A stretch of 59,743 nucleotides of DNA, the filler included, from Nitrospinae bacterium RIFCSPLOWO2_12_FULL_45_22 (GTDB taxonomy: Bacteria > 2-12-FULL-45-22): assembly GCA_001803565.1 (NCBI GenBank). It is 3 parts of 3 records of this genome, joined end to end, with 100 filler letters (N's around TTAATTAATTAA, not from the genome) between each part and the next. Parts side by side here need not be neighbours in the genome. Positions count along the whole stretch, not along the records: positions 23,554 to 48,643 come from MHDQ01000136.1; positions 48,744 to 59,743 come from MHDQ01000137.1; 1 more part is not named here. The stretch is one strand, 5' to 3'. The translations under genes were made by a program, and so were the position numbers. The notes beneath the pieces were generated by a model. That model did not search any database. It was not told where the DNA came from and worked only from the letters and a program-made list of their open reading frames with translations. Positions 41,510-49,557 of the stretch are shown one piece after another. Positions within the stretch are counted from its first letter, which is position 1. Every line of letters starts with the position of its first letter.

Positions 41510-43123
41510 TTGGCTACAGAAAATAAGGACAAAAAGGAGTTTACTACGGCTTCTTCTTTGCCGCTAAAAAGCTACTATTTACCTAACGATTTAGCAGGCT
41601 GGGACTATTTACAGGACCTGGGTTTTCCAGGCCAATACCCCTTTACTCGAGGGGTACAGCCTAATATGTATCGGGGCCGGTTATGGACTATGCGGCAATA
41701 TGCTGGCTATGGCACGGCCGAGGAGTCTAACCAGAGATATAAGTATTTACTCCAGCAAGGCCAGACCGGCCTCAGTGTAGCCTTTGACTTGCCTACCCAG
41801 ATGGGCTATGACTCTGACCATCCCCTGGCCGCCGGCGAAGTAGGTAAAGTAGGCGTAGCGATTGACTCCCTGGAAGATATGGAGAACCTATTCCGTGATC
41901 TACCCCTGGATAAGATCAGTACCTCTATGACTATTAATGCGACGGCCATTGTCTTACTGGCCATGTACCTGGTAGTGGCCGAACACCAAAAAGTGCCGTG
42001 GGAGCAACTGAATGGTACGATCCAGAACGATATCCTCAAGGAATATATTGCCCGGGGGACTTATATCTTTCCCCCTCAACCCTCTATGCGGATTATTACT
42101 GATATCTTTAGTTTTTGCAGTCAAAGAGTCCCTCAATGGAATACTATCAGCATCAGTGGGTACCATATAAGGGAAGCCGGGGCTAATGCCGTCCAGGAGC
42201 TGGCTTTTACCCTGGCCAATGGTCTAACTTATGTCCAGGCTGCCCTGGATGCTGGCTTAAAAATAGATGATTTTGCCCCCCGGCTCTCCTTTTTCTTTAA
42301 TGTCCATAACGATTTTTTAGAAGAGATAGCCAAATTCCGCGCTGCACGGCGGATTTGGGCACGGTTCATGCGGGATAAGTTTGGGGCCCAAAACGAGGCC
42401 TCATGGAAACTCCGCTTCCATACCCAGACCGCAGGCTCTACCCTTACGGCCCAGCAGCCCAATAACAATATTGTCCGGGTAGCTCTGCAGGCCCTGGCGG
42501 CTATCTTGGGCAGTACGCAGTCCCTCCATACTAATTCCCGGGATGAAGCCCTGGCACTGCCCAGTGAAGACTCGGTGCGGATAGCCTTACGTACCCAGCA
42601 ACTCATTGCCCATGAATCGGGTGTAGCTAACACCGTTGATCCCCTGGCTGGGGCTTACGCTATCGAGGCCCTAACCAATCAGATGGAAGAGAAGTGCCAC
42701 GAATACCTGAGCCAGATAGACCAGCGGGGTGGTGTCTTGAAGGCTATTGAAGCAGGTTATATCCAGCAAGAGATTCAGGAGAGTGCTTATAAGTACCAAC
42801 AAGCCCTGGAAAAAGAAGAGGCTATCCAGGTGGGAGTTAATAGATTCCGGCTGGAAAGGGAAGAAATCGGGATAAAAGGAGAGCTGCTAAAGATTGACCC
42901 GGCTGTAGAGAAGAACCAGCGAGAGAAGCTAAGCCGCTTAAAAAAGGCCAGGGATCAAAAAGGGGTAGAGGCCGCCTTGAATAATTTGAGACAAATAGCC
43001 CAAAGGAAGGATAACCTGATGCCCGCCATTATAGACACCGTCAGGGTGAAGGTTACTCTGGGAGAGATCTCTGACGAATTAAGAAAAGTATTTGGCGAAT
43101 ATAAAGAAGTACCTGTTTTTTAA
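41510..43123 (+). CDS. Methylmalonyl-CoA mutase large subunit (canonical, split type)
   Basis: [25 protein letters not shown] and [11 protein letters not shown] retain the Tyr89/Gln197/Arg207/Tyr243-His244 equivalents. Confidence 0.93.
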   Translation: MATENKDKKEFTTASSLPLKSYYLPNDLAGWDYLQDLGFPGQYPFTRGVQPNMYRGRLWTMRQYAGYGTAEESNQRYKYLLQQGQTGLSVAFDLPTQMGYDSDHPLAAGEVGKVGVAIDSLEDMENLFRDLPLDKISTSMTINATAIVLLAMYLVVAEHQKVPWEQLNGTIQNDILKEYIARGTYIFPPQPSMRIITDIFSFCSQRVPQWNTISISGYHIREAGANAVQELAFTLANGLTYVQAALDAGLKIDDFAPRLSFFFNVHNDFLEEIAKFRAARRIWARFMRDKFGAQNEASWKLRFHTQTAGSTLTAQQPNNNIVRVALQALAAILGSTQSLHTNSRDEALALPSEDSVRIALRTQQLIAHESGVANTVDPLAGAYAIEALTNQMEEKCHEYLSQIDQRGGVLKAIEAGYIQQEIQESAYKYQQALEKEEAIQVGVNRFRLEREEIGIKGELLKIDPAVEKNQREKLSRLKKARDQKGVEAALNNLRQIAQRKDNLMPAIIDTVRVKVTLGEISDELRKVFGEYKEVPVF

Positions 43124-43346
43124 GGCAAAGTGCCCATCCTGAGGCAACATATTTTGGTAAATGTCGCCTAGGGCCTAAGTTAAGGCCGACATTAGCCGGC
43201 CGCTCCAACGCTTTGTTGGGACAAAGAAAAGCTGGATCATCAAAGTCTCTGATTGCCTAATATTTCTATCCCCTGTTAAAATAGTATATCAGCTAAGCAA
43301 TACTAACTAATAAGTCTACAAATTATTCGGCTACAGTATATTTGTC

Positions 43347-44212
43347 ATGATAAAAATTAGACCAGGAGCAACAGGAAGGATAATTGTAACCTTCCCTTAT
43401 AGTCCTGACCATATAGCAAAGATCAAGACTATCAAAGATCACCGGTGGCATCCCGAGGAAAAATACTGGAGCTTTCCATACTCAAAATGGGTCCTAACAG
43501 AAATTCTGTCTCTGTTCGCTGGAGAAGATATGGAAATTGACCCATCCTTACAAGCCTTGATATCACAGGATCAAAAGAGAAGATTAGGGAATGATAAAAT
43601 CTGGGGAAAGAATCCACTGCCAACTGAATCGAGAGAAACAAGGAAAGAAAAGCCGCAGTGGGATAGTACTTTTGGCGAAATGAAGAACGACCTGCTTTTC
43701 GGCCAAGTCCGAGAACTTATCCGGTTAAAACATTATTCCATACGGACAGAACACACTTACCTCTCCTGGATCAAGAGATATATTCTTTTCCATAATAAAC
43801 GGCCTCCGAATGATATGGGAAATCAGGAAATCGGGGCCTTTCTCTCCCATTTAGCTGTTGATTTGAAAGTATCAGCTTCAACTCAAAACCAGGCCTTCAA
43901 TGCCTTATTGTTTTTGTATAAGGAGGTTCTCAAAAAGGATTTGGATGATTCAATTAACGCCATTAGAGCCAAGAAGCCGAGACGATTACCGACGGTCATG
44001 ACTAAAGATGAGACCATGAAAGTAATTGGTGCTATGTCGGGTAATTATCAATTGATGGTAAATTTTATTCCGCCACGCATCTATTGGAGGCAAACTATGA
44101 CATAAGGACAGTGCAGGAGATGCTGGGTCATAATGATGTCTCAACTACCATGATTTACACCCACGTGTTAAATAAGCCAGGGATAAGCATAAAAAGTCCA
44201 TTGGATATTTGA
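43347..44212 (+). pseudogene. intI: Integron integrase with internal deletion/frameshift and HARP-like N-terminal extension
   Basis: RLKHYSIRTEHTYLSWIKRYILFH...VSASTQNQAFNALLFLY...RAKKPRRLPTVM, then at about 44069 a jump to another frame reading [46 protein letters not shown]; catalytic core missing. Confidence 0.92.
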
Positions 44213-44237
44213 CATTGTCAGATATCTTTTTTATAGT
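44209..44237 (+). promoter_or_regulatory. Putative cassette promoter Pc
   Basis: TTGACA (overlapping intI stop)-17 nt-TATAGT, pointing into the array. Confidence 0.75.
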
Positions 44238-44254
44238 ACAAGAGCGTTCTGTAA

Positions 44255-44278
44255 AAAACGAGAATAATTGTGTTATAC
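44255..44278 (+). other. Putative attI site
   Basis: AAAACGAGAATAATTGTGTTATAC: GTT core at 44272 between the promoter and the first attC. Confidence 0.5.
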
Positions 44279-44295
44279 AGAAGAATTTCTGTATT

Positions 44296-44341
44296 TTCTA
44301 GTGGAGTTGAGCGGCCCTATGGGGTCCGCTCCGCGTTAGAC
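44296..44341 (+). other. Decayed attC closing a tiny ORF-less first cassette
   Basis: Hairpin GAGCGGCCC-TATG-GGGTCCGCTC then R' GTTAGAC (44335-44341); no intact R''. Confidence 0.6.
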
Positions 44342-44386
44342 TTCTTAATTGATTTACACGCGGATAAGATATTCTGAGATTATGTA

Positions 44387-45577
44387 GTGGAGAAGGGTTG
44401 TTCAAAAGTGATTGAGACATTTATACCGTTACATGGTGCGGGAACTCACTATTTCACGGGAAGCACAGAGTATTACGATATGCTGTGGGGGCCATTCTTC
44501 CCAGGGGCAATCCATGGCATCACCTTGCTGATATCGGATACAATTATTATAGATGCTTTTTGGAGGGAATCGGTTGATCCCGGAGTTTGGGAGGATTTGG
44601 TGACTTGCAGTGTCATTAACGAACTGATACAGCGGAACATAATACAAGAGATCAATATCCGGAAGGAATTAAATCCAAATCAATTTCGGCAAGAACTGGG
44701 AGTAGGATTAGCGGAATCGATGAAATTTTGGATACGTCACAATCGAGCTGCATTACCAAAGCGCTTGATAGAAGAGACACATGATAACCCCTATGAGGCT
44801 TTGCAATTGCTGAAAACAGGACGTGTTCCTGAATCATTAAGGGTTCTTGTGCGTGGACTGGATATATCTCTGACAGGCATTTACACGAGTATTGTTGCAG
44901 GCCGTATTTGCTCAAGAATTCATGACCCACAAGGCTATTTAAGATCCTATAATTGCCTCGTACACAGTAATTGCCGGAAGTCGGTGGATGAAGAAAACGT
45001 TGACCGTATCGTAGCAATCTGTAGCGAGAGCCTCCCTGAGATTCCCATATTCTTATCAAAAGAAAACGAACCAACTGTACCTGATCCACCTGCAGCAGCG
45101 GAGGGATTTACTTTACAAGACCATCCAATGTGTGACAAAGACAAAACGATGAAGAACCTGGAAAAAATACTATCCGTCCGGGATTCTGGTGCCTGCAAAG
45201 ACCTACGCGCAACTTATAGAAGCACATTGGAACGTGTCATGAAAGCCAAAGCTGAACTGTCTTTTTATGTTGAAAAAGAAGATTTCCATAAGCAATGGGC
45301 ACTGGCGCGTGCAGAAATGCATAAGCATCTGGCTATTAGTAAGAAGTTTGAGCAATGGACCGACATCTTGACAATACCAGCATTCGTTGCTTCCATATTT
45401 CTTCCTGCAGCAGGCGCAATCCCCTTTGTCTCTTGGGCTGCTACAAAAGTAACATCTGGGTTGGCCACAAGGAAGGTTCTTATAGAATATCCCTGGCTTT
45501 CTTTGGCGGAACAAATGGGCGATCTCGGATTAGAACTAAAGAAGTCTTTTCTTAGAGATCGGGTTATAGATAATTGA
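44387..45577 (+). CDS. Cassette-encoded hypothetical protein with C-terminal hydrophobic hairpin
   Basis: 396-aa ORF filling the cassette; ILTIPAFVASIFLPAAGAIPFVSW near C-terminus; start uncertain. Confidence 0.75.
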   Translation: MEKGCSKVIETFIPLHGAGTHYFTGSTEYYDMLWGPFFPGAIHGITLLISDTIIIDAFWRESVDPGVWEDLVTCSVINELIQRNIIQEINIRKELNPNQFRQELGVGLAESMKFWIRHNRAALPKRLIEETHDNPYEALQLLKTGRVPESLRVLVRGLDISLTGIYTSIVAGRICSRIHDPQGYLRSYNCLVHSNCRKSVDEENVDRIVAICSESLPEIPIFLSKENEPTVPDPPAAAEGFTLQDHPMCDKDKTMKNLEKILSVRDSGACKDLRATYRSTLERVMKAKAELSFYVEKEDFHKQWALARAEMHKHLAISKKFEQWTDILTIPAFVASIFLPAAGAIPFVSWAATKVTSGLATRKVLIEYPWLSLAEQMGDLGLELKKSFLRDRVIDN

Positions 45578-45587
45578 GATTTGAAAA

Positions 45588-45673
45588 GTCTAACAAATCA
45601 ATTAAGGCGACGGGTCATAGCCTGTGCCTTTTGCGGAAGCTGTTGCCCCCGCGCCTTATTTCAAACGTTAGCT
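45588..45673 (+). other. attC site 1
   Basis: R'' GTCTAAC, L'' AATTAAGGCG, L' CGCCTTATT, R' GTTAGCT; AAGTCTAAC complements GTTAGACTT at the cassette start. Confidence 0.92.
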
Positions 45674-45683
45674 CTTATTCGCT

Positions 45684-46649
45684 ATGAGCCAAGCCGCATT
45701 CGTCCTACGCATCGCGCCTGGTGGCGAAGACAAAGTGCCTGAAGCCCTGCGCGCGGATCAAATTATTATCGGGTGGGCTGAGGCCGAAGGGTTACTCAAT
45801 CCCAACCTCGATTGGGAGCCGTTCCGCGAGATCGTTCGCGACGCCTACTACTCCGACGAACCTACTCTACGGAAGGCTGGTGCGGCTGCCGGTCACATGT
45901 GGCGCTTTATCCGTGACATGAAGCCCGGCGATCTCGTGGTGGTTCTATACGGGGCGGACTTTTTTGTATCGGAGATCGCGGGTCCCGCCACTTACAACTC
46001 TGCGAAGGTAGATGAAGACTCGGCTTACCGACGTCCCGTTCGATGGCTGAACGGCAAGAAGCCGATCCCACGTCAGCTAGCGCGTTCGGCGTTGCTGTCG
46101 CGCATGAAAACTCAGGGAACATCCGCTGACGCGACGGATCTACTGGATGAGATAAAGGAATGCCTGAATCTGGCAGCGCATGGAGAAGCGCCGACCTTTG
46201 AAAAGGATTTACAGTCGCGCTTAGTTCGCGAGGTCCTAGCTGAGTTACGTAGCGGTCGTATCGAGAGCTTTGGGTTTGAGCGCCTTATCCAGACCGTTTT
46301 GCGAAACTTAGGCGCCAAAGAAGTGCGTATTGTCCCCCGCAGTGAAGACAAAGGCGCCGACCTATTAGCCACTTTCCGTGTGGCGGGCACATTTCAACAG
46401 AGCATTGCGGTTCAGGCCAAGCACTGGCAACCGGACCCGCCGGTCGGGCGCGAGGTAGTTGACCAACTCATTCGCGGGATCGAGGCTGAGTCTACCAATC
46501 TAGGCATGGTGATCACATCTGGCGCGATCTCAGATGAAGCGTATCAAGCCGCCGAACAATACTTTGAGGAGAAGGGAATTCGAATTGAGATGGTTGATGG
46601 CGAGCAGTTCGCCAAGCTGATCGTCGAGCATGGAATCCGCACGAGCTAA
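45684..46649 (+). CDS. Mrr-family (type IV-like) restriction endonuclease with N-terminal EVE/PUA-like domain
   Basis: IIIGW...RFIRDMKPGDLVV...RRPVRW N-domain; FERLIQTVL...DKGADL...VQAKH Mrr catalytic motif. Confidence 0.88.
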   Translation: MSQAAFVLRIAPGGEDKVPEALRADQIIIGWAEAEGLLNPNLDWEPFREIVRDAYYSDEPTLRKAGAAAGHMWRFIRDMKPGDLVVVLYGADFFVSEIAGPATYNSAKVDEDSAYRRPVRWLNGKKPIPRQLARSALLSRMKTQGTSADATDLLDEIKECLNLAAHGEAPTFEKDLQSRLVREVLAELRSGRIESFGFERLIQTVLRNLGAKEVRIVPRSEDKGADLLATFRVAGTFQQSIAVQAKHWQPDPPVGREVVDQLIRGIEAESTNLGMVITSGAISDEAYQAAEQYFEEKGIRIEMVDGEQFAKLIVEHGIRTS

Positions 46650-46730
46650 CTCCAGGTCGAACGGACGGGCCGCCAGCACCGTGCGTGTTTACCCGTCCGT
46701 GCTGGCCCGCCGTTCACCAAAACGTTAGGC
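46644..46730 (+). other. attC site 2
   Basis: R'' AGCTAAC, L'' GGTCGAACGG, L' CCGTTCACC, R' GTTAGGC; GAGCTAAC complements GTTAGCTC at the cassette start. Confidence 0.92.
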
Positions 46731-46758
46731 CAAGACAAAACAGCGTTGGAGGATAAAT

Positions 46759-47703
46759 ATGGCAAAGAGAATCAGTATCATAAATTTTAAGGGTGGCGTT
46801 GGAAAGACAACTTTCGCGTTTCAGTTCGCGGCGGGCCTCGTTCGATACCACGATGCGCGCGTCCTGCTAATTGACATGGATCACCAAAGCAGCCTCTCCA
46901 TTGTTTGCTTGACAGCGCCGGAATGGTCCACCATTGTGAAGGCGAAGCTTACGGTCAATGAGGTTTTTAGACCTTTCATCGGTCAAACCAGCTCATTTCC
47001 AGATAAAACGATAATTAAGCAGAGGGCGATAAAAAGGATTTCTTATTCTACGAATTACGACAAGCTGGATTTGGTTCCGGCAAGCCTTCAACTGGATGAT
47101 ATTGAGATTGATCTCACAGCGTCCCATCACGGGAATGCGATTCATTCAGAGTGGGATAAAAGAACCTTGATTTGCAGATGGCTCGAAGAAGCGAATGTCG
47201 ACAAAGAATACGACTACATAATTTTTGACTGCCCACCAGCGACAAAAATAGTCTCGCAAAATGCAATCGCTGCAAGTCATGGTTACATCATTCCAGTTGT
47301 GCCAGAAGCTGTGATGGAGCGTGGAGCTCCACATCTGGCCGCAATGATTAAGGATGGAATCGACGCTAGATTAAAAGCGCTCGCTTCGCTGGGAACAAAA
47401 CGGAAGACGCACGTGCCAGATACCGAACTGGTTGGCGTGGTGATTACGCGCATCAGAACCCACGGCCCGGCCCAGTCCGGTTATACCGATGACCACACTC
47501 GTCATCTTGCTTCTCTTCAAAGACAATGGGGTACGATGTTGATTGAACCTTATATTCCAGAAGGAACTGGAATTTCACAGGCATTGGATGATGGCGTTCC
47601 AGTCTATGAACGTTCTGGAACCCAAAATATCGGTGGACGAGGACTCAACAAAATATATCAAAACCTCACTGATGCCTTGAAGGTCCGGGTTGATGCGCTA
47701 TGA
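46759..47703 (+). CDS. Cassette-encoded ParA-family ATPase
   Basis: NFKGGVGKTT, LIDMDHQSSLS, YIIFDCPP; RBS GGAGG. Confidence 0.9.
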   Translation: MAKRISIINFKGGVGKTTFAFQFAAGLVRYHDARVLLIDMDHQSSLSIVCLTAPEWSTIVKAKLTVNEVFRPFIGQTSSFPDKTIIKQRAIKRISYSTNYDKLDLVPASLQLDDIEIDLTASHHGNAIHSEWDKRTLICRWLEEANVDKEYDYIIFDCPPATKIVSQNAIAASHGYIIPVVPEAVMERGAPHLAAMIKDGIDARLKALASLGTKRKTHVPDTELVGVVITRIRTHGPAQSGYTDDHTRHLASLQRQWGTMLIEPYIPEGTGISQALDDGVPVYERSGTQNIGGRGLNKIYQNLTDALKVRVDAL

Positions 47704-48194
47704 CACCAAGCAAAGACCGAAGTCCAATACCCGAACTCCCGTTAGAAGCTCAGTACGGGAAACTATCTAATGATGAGCTTGCAAGTTTCTTAAAACGTTT
47801 GGCTGTGCTCTACAAGTCGCCAGCAACCGGCAATCTCTCATTGAGTGAAGCGCTCGAGGAGCTCGCCTCCTGGGTCAGCAAACGAGCAACTGTTTCAAAG
47901 ACCTCATCAACAACATTACGCAAGCAGAAAACGCTGGGTAAACCGGCACTCGATATAACGCAATTGAAGGCACTCGACATAAAAGAGGTTGAGAAATTTA
48001 TAGCTGATGAACGAAAATCAAAAATCGAACTTATTGAGCTGGCGTCCGCCCGGTTTTCTATTCCACGTTCTCAGTTAAAACGATTAAGGACAGAAGAGGT
48101 GCGTGAAACTATCAAGGCTGCGTGCCTGCATGAAGACTCTATAGAAATTATCTCGCAAGAGGCGCGGCGGGAGGGCTTAAATCGCTCTTCCTAA
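47700..48194 (+). CDS. Hypothetical protein overlapping the cassette ParA gene
   Basis: ATGA start/stop overlap with the ParA ORF; 164 aa, helical-looking, no ParB motif. Confidence 0.75.
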   Translation: MTPSKDRSPIPELPLEAQYGKLSNDELASFLKRLAVLYKSPATGNLSLSEALEELASWVSKRATVSKTSSTTLRKQKTLGKPALDITQLKALDIKEVEKFIADERKSKIELIELASARFSIPRSQLKRLRTEEVRETIKAACLHEDSIEIISQEARREGLNRSS

Positions 48195-48462
48195 TGGGTT
48201 AGCTAACAGAACCTTTGTCCAGCTCTATGATGAAGAATACAGGGGTTAGCCCTTGACAGGCTGTTGAAATAGGTAAAATGACTGTCAAGTTGGCAACGGA
48301 TTTACTCGAACTTAGGGATAATCGGGGGACATAATATCAATTTCTGGCAGGTCGATGACAATAAGGAGTTCGGAAGACACCTTACTTAATTATTCCTCGA
48401 CTTGCGGATGGAAAGTGCGGAGAAAGAGTCATTTCTTAACATTGGACAGAATGAAAGTTTTG

Positions 48463-48552
48463 GCCTAACCATTTAATCCAGCCGACCGGGAATAAGCTGG
48501 CGGGTTTTTTCATTCAGCCCTGTGGCCCGGCGGCTGAATTCGAACGTTATCC
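48463..48552 (+). other. attC site 3
   Basis: R'' GCCTAAC, L'' AATCCAGCCG, L' CGGCTGAATT, R' GTTATCC; TTGGCCTAAC complements GTTAGGCCAA at the cassette start. Confidence 0.9.
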
Positions 48553-48605
48553 AACGATAAGAGAAGTCATAGAAAAGCACAGGAAGTCAATCTATAAAGG
48601 CTGGC

Positions 48606-48643
48606 ATGGATCGTCAAAATCTGAAAAGACTCTACCTTGACAT
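48606..48643 (+). CDS. Start of next cassette ORF, possibly PIN-domain protein (truncated)
   Basis: MDRQNLKRLYLD resembles the first beta-strand plus Asp of PIN domains; only 12 codons visible. Confidence 0.35.
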
Positions 48644-48743
48644 NNNNNNNNNNNNNNNNNNNNNNNNNNNNNNNNNNNNNNNNNNNNTTAATTAATTAAN
48701 NNNNNNNNNNNNNNNNNNNNNNNNNNNNNNNNNNNNNNNNNNN
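48644..48743. other. Artificial contig-joining linker
   Basis: 44 N + TTAATTAATTAA + 44 N. Confidence 0.98.
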
Positions 48744-48785
48744 GGTTCCGGAGACCAACGCTCTATCCACCTGAGCTACTCGCCC
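48744..48785 (-). tRNA. tRNA-Arg(CCG), 5' half (cut by contig end)
   Basis: Minus strand GGGCGAGTAGCTCAGGTGGATAGAGCGTTGGT-CTCCGGA-ACC. Confidence 0.88.
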
Positions 48786-49141
48786 AACCCTTTATTTTCT
48801 TGGGTGTTCAGCCCTTTGTCCTTTTTTTTGGCCAAAAGGTTGACAAAAATTTGCGTAAAAAATTCTTCCATAAATTACTTATGGTCTTCTCTGGGTAAGG
48901 AATTATATCACTCAATTCTTTTATGCTCAAGTATTCTTTCTCGATCACTTTGTTCGTAGTTGTTATTTAATGCCTATTCGGGGCTAATTTAATATCTGAA
49001 GCTCGTAATTTTCCCAGCCGCTGGATGAATTTTCTAAAAATCTTCCCTGCATTAACTACTTCACTCCATTGGCAAGATAGGATATGGTACCGCCTCTTCC
49101 CATCCATAAAGCTGTTATATACTTTTCTCTCATGAGCAATT

Positions 49142-49420
49142 TTAATACCTTTGTCGCCTGTTCATTTCTTCTTCATAGAGTTTCTGGTACATAATATCCC
49201 ATTCCCGAGAACCTTCCTCAATCCTTCTGGTATAAGAAGCCAGGGTCTTCCTCACCGCAGCATCTACTTCATCATCTATCTTTAACTCATCAGTTATTAT
49301 CTTGACAATCCTTAGCCGGACATCATTATCCCCTTTCAAGAGAGTTATAGCCGGACAGCCTTTCAGGTCTTTAACAATTATTTGCGAGATATAATTAACC
49401 TTTTCTCTACTTAACCGCAT
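49142..49420 (-). CDS. DUF507 family protein
   Basis: MRLSREKVNYIS...EGSREWDIMYQKLYEEE pattern. Confidence 0.8.
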   Translation of the reverse strand: MRLSREKVNYISQIIVKDLKGCPAITLLKGDNDVRLRIVKIITDELKIDDEVDAAVRKTLASYTRRIEEGSREWDIMYQKLYEEEMNRRQRY

Positions 49421-49557
49421 AGTTGTTTGGCATCTTATCCGTAGTATTGCGGATATTTTTTACTATATTCTCTACCTTTAACTTTACTATTTCACTTACC
49501 CGGAGTCCAGCCGAATAAACCAGCATCATGATGGCCTTGTGTTTTAGATTAATGTTT

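Larger units (their letters stand above)
43347..48643 (+). mobile_element. Integron with integrase co-oriented upstream of its cassette array (array cut by contig end)
   Basis: intI remnant, promoter, attI-like site and attC sites whose R'' boxes complement the preceding R' boxes. Confidence 0.9.

Noticed and set aside
46759-47703. Second parA as evidence of an integrated plasmid
   Set aside because: Bounded by matching attC cores and lacking rep, parB or transfer genes; it is an integron cassette
48553-48785. Integron inserted at tRNA-Arg
   Set aside because: The two are on different contigs joined by an artificial linker
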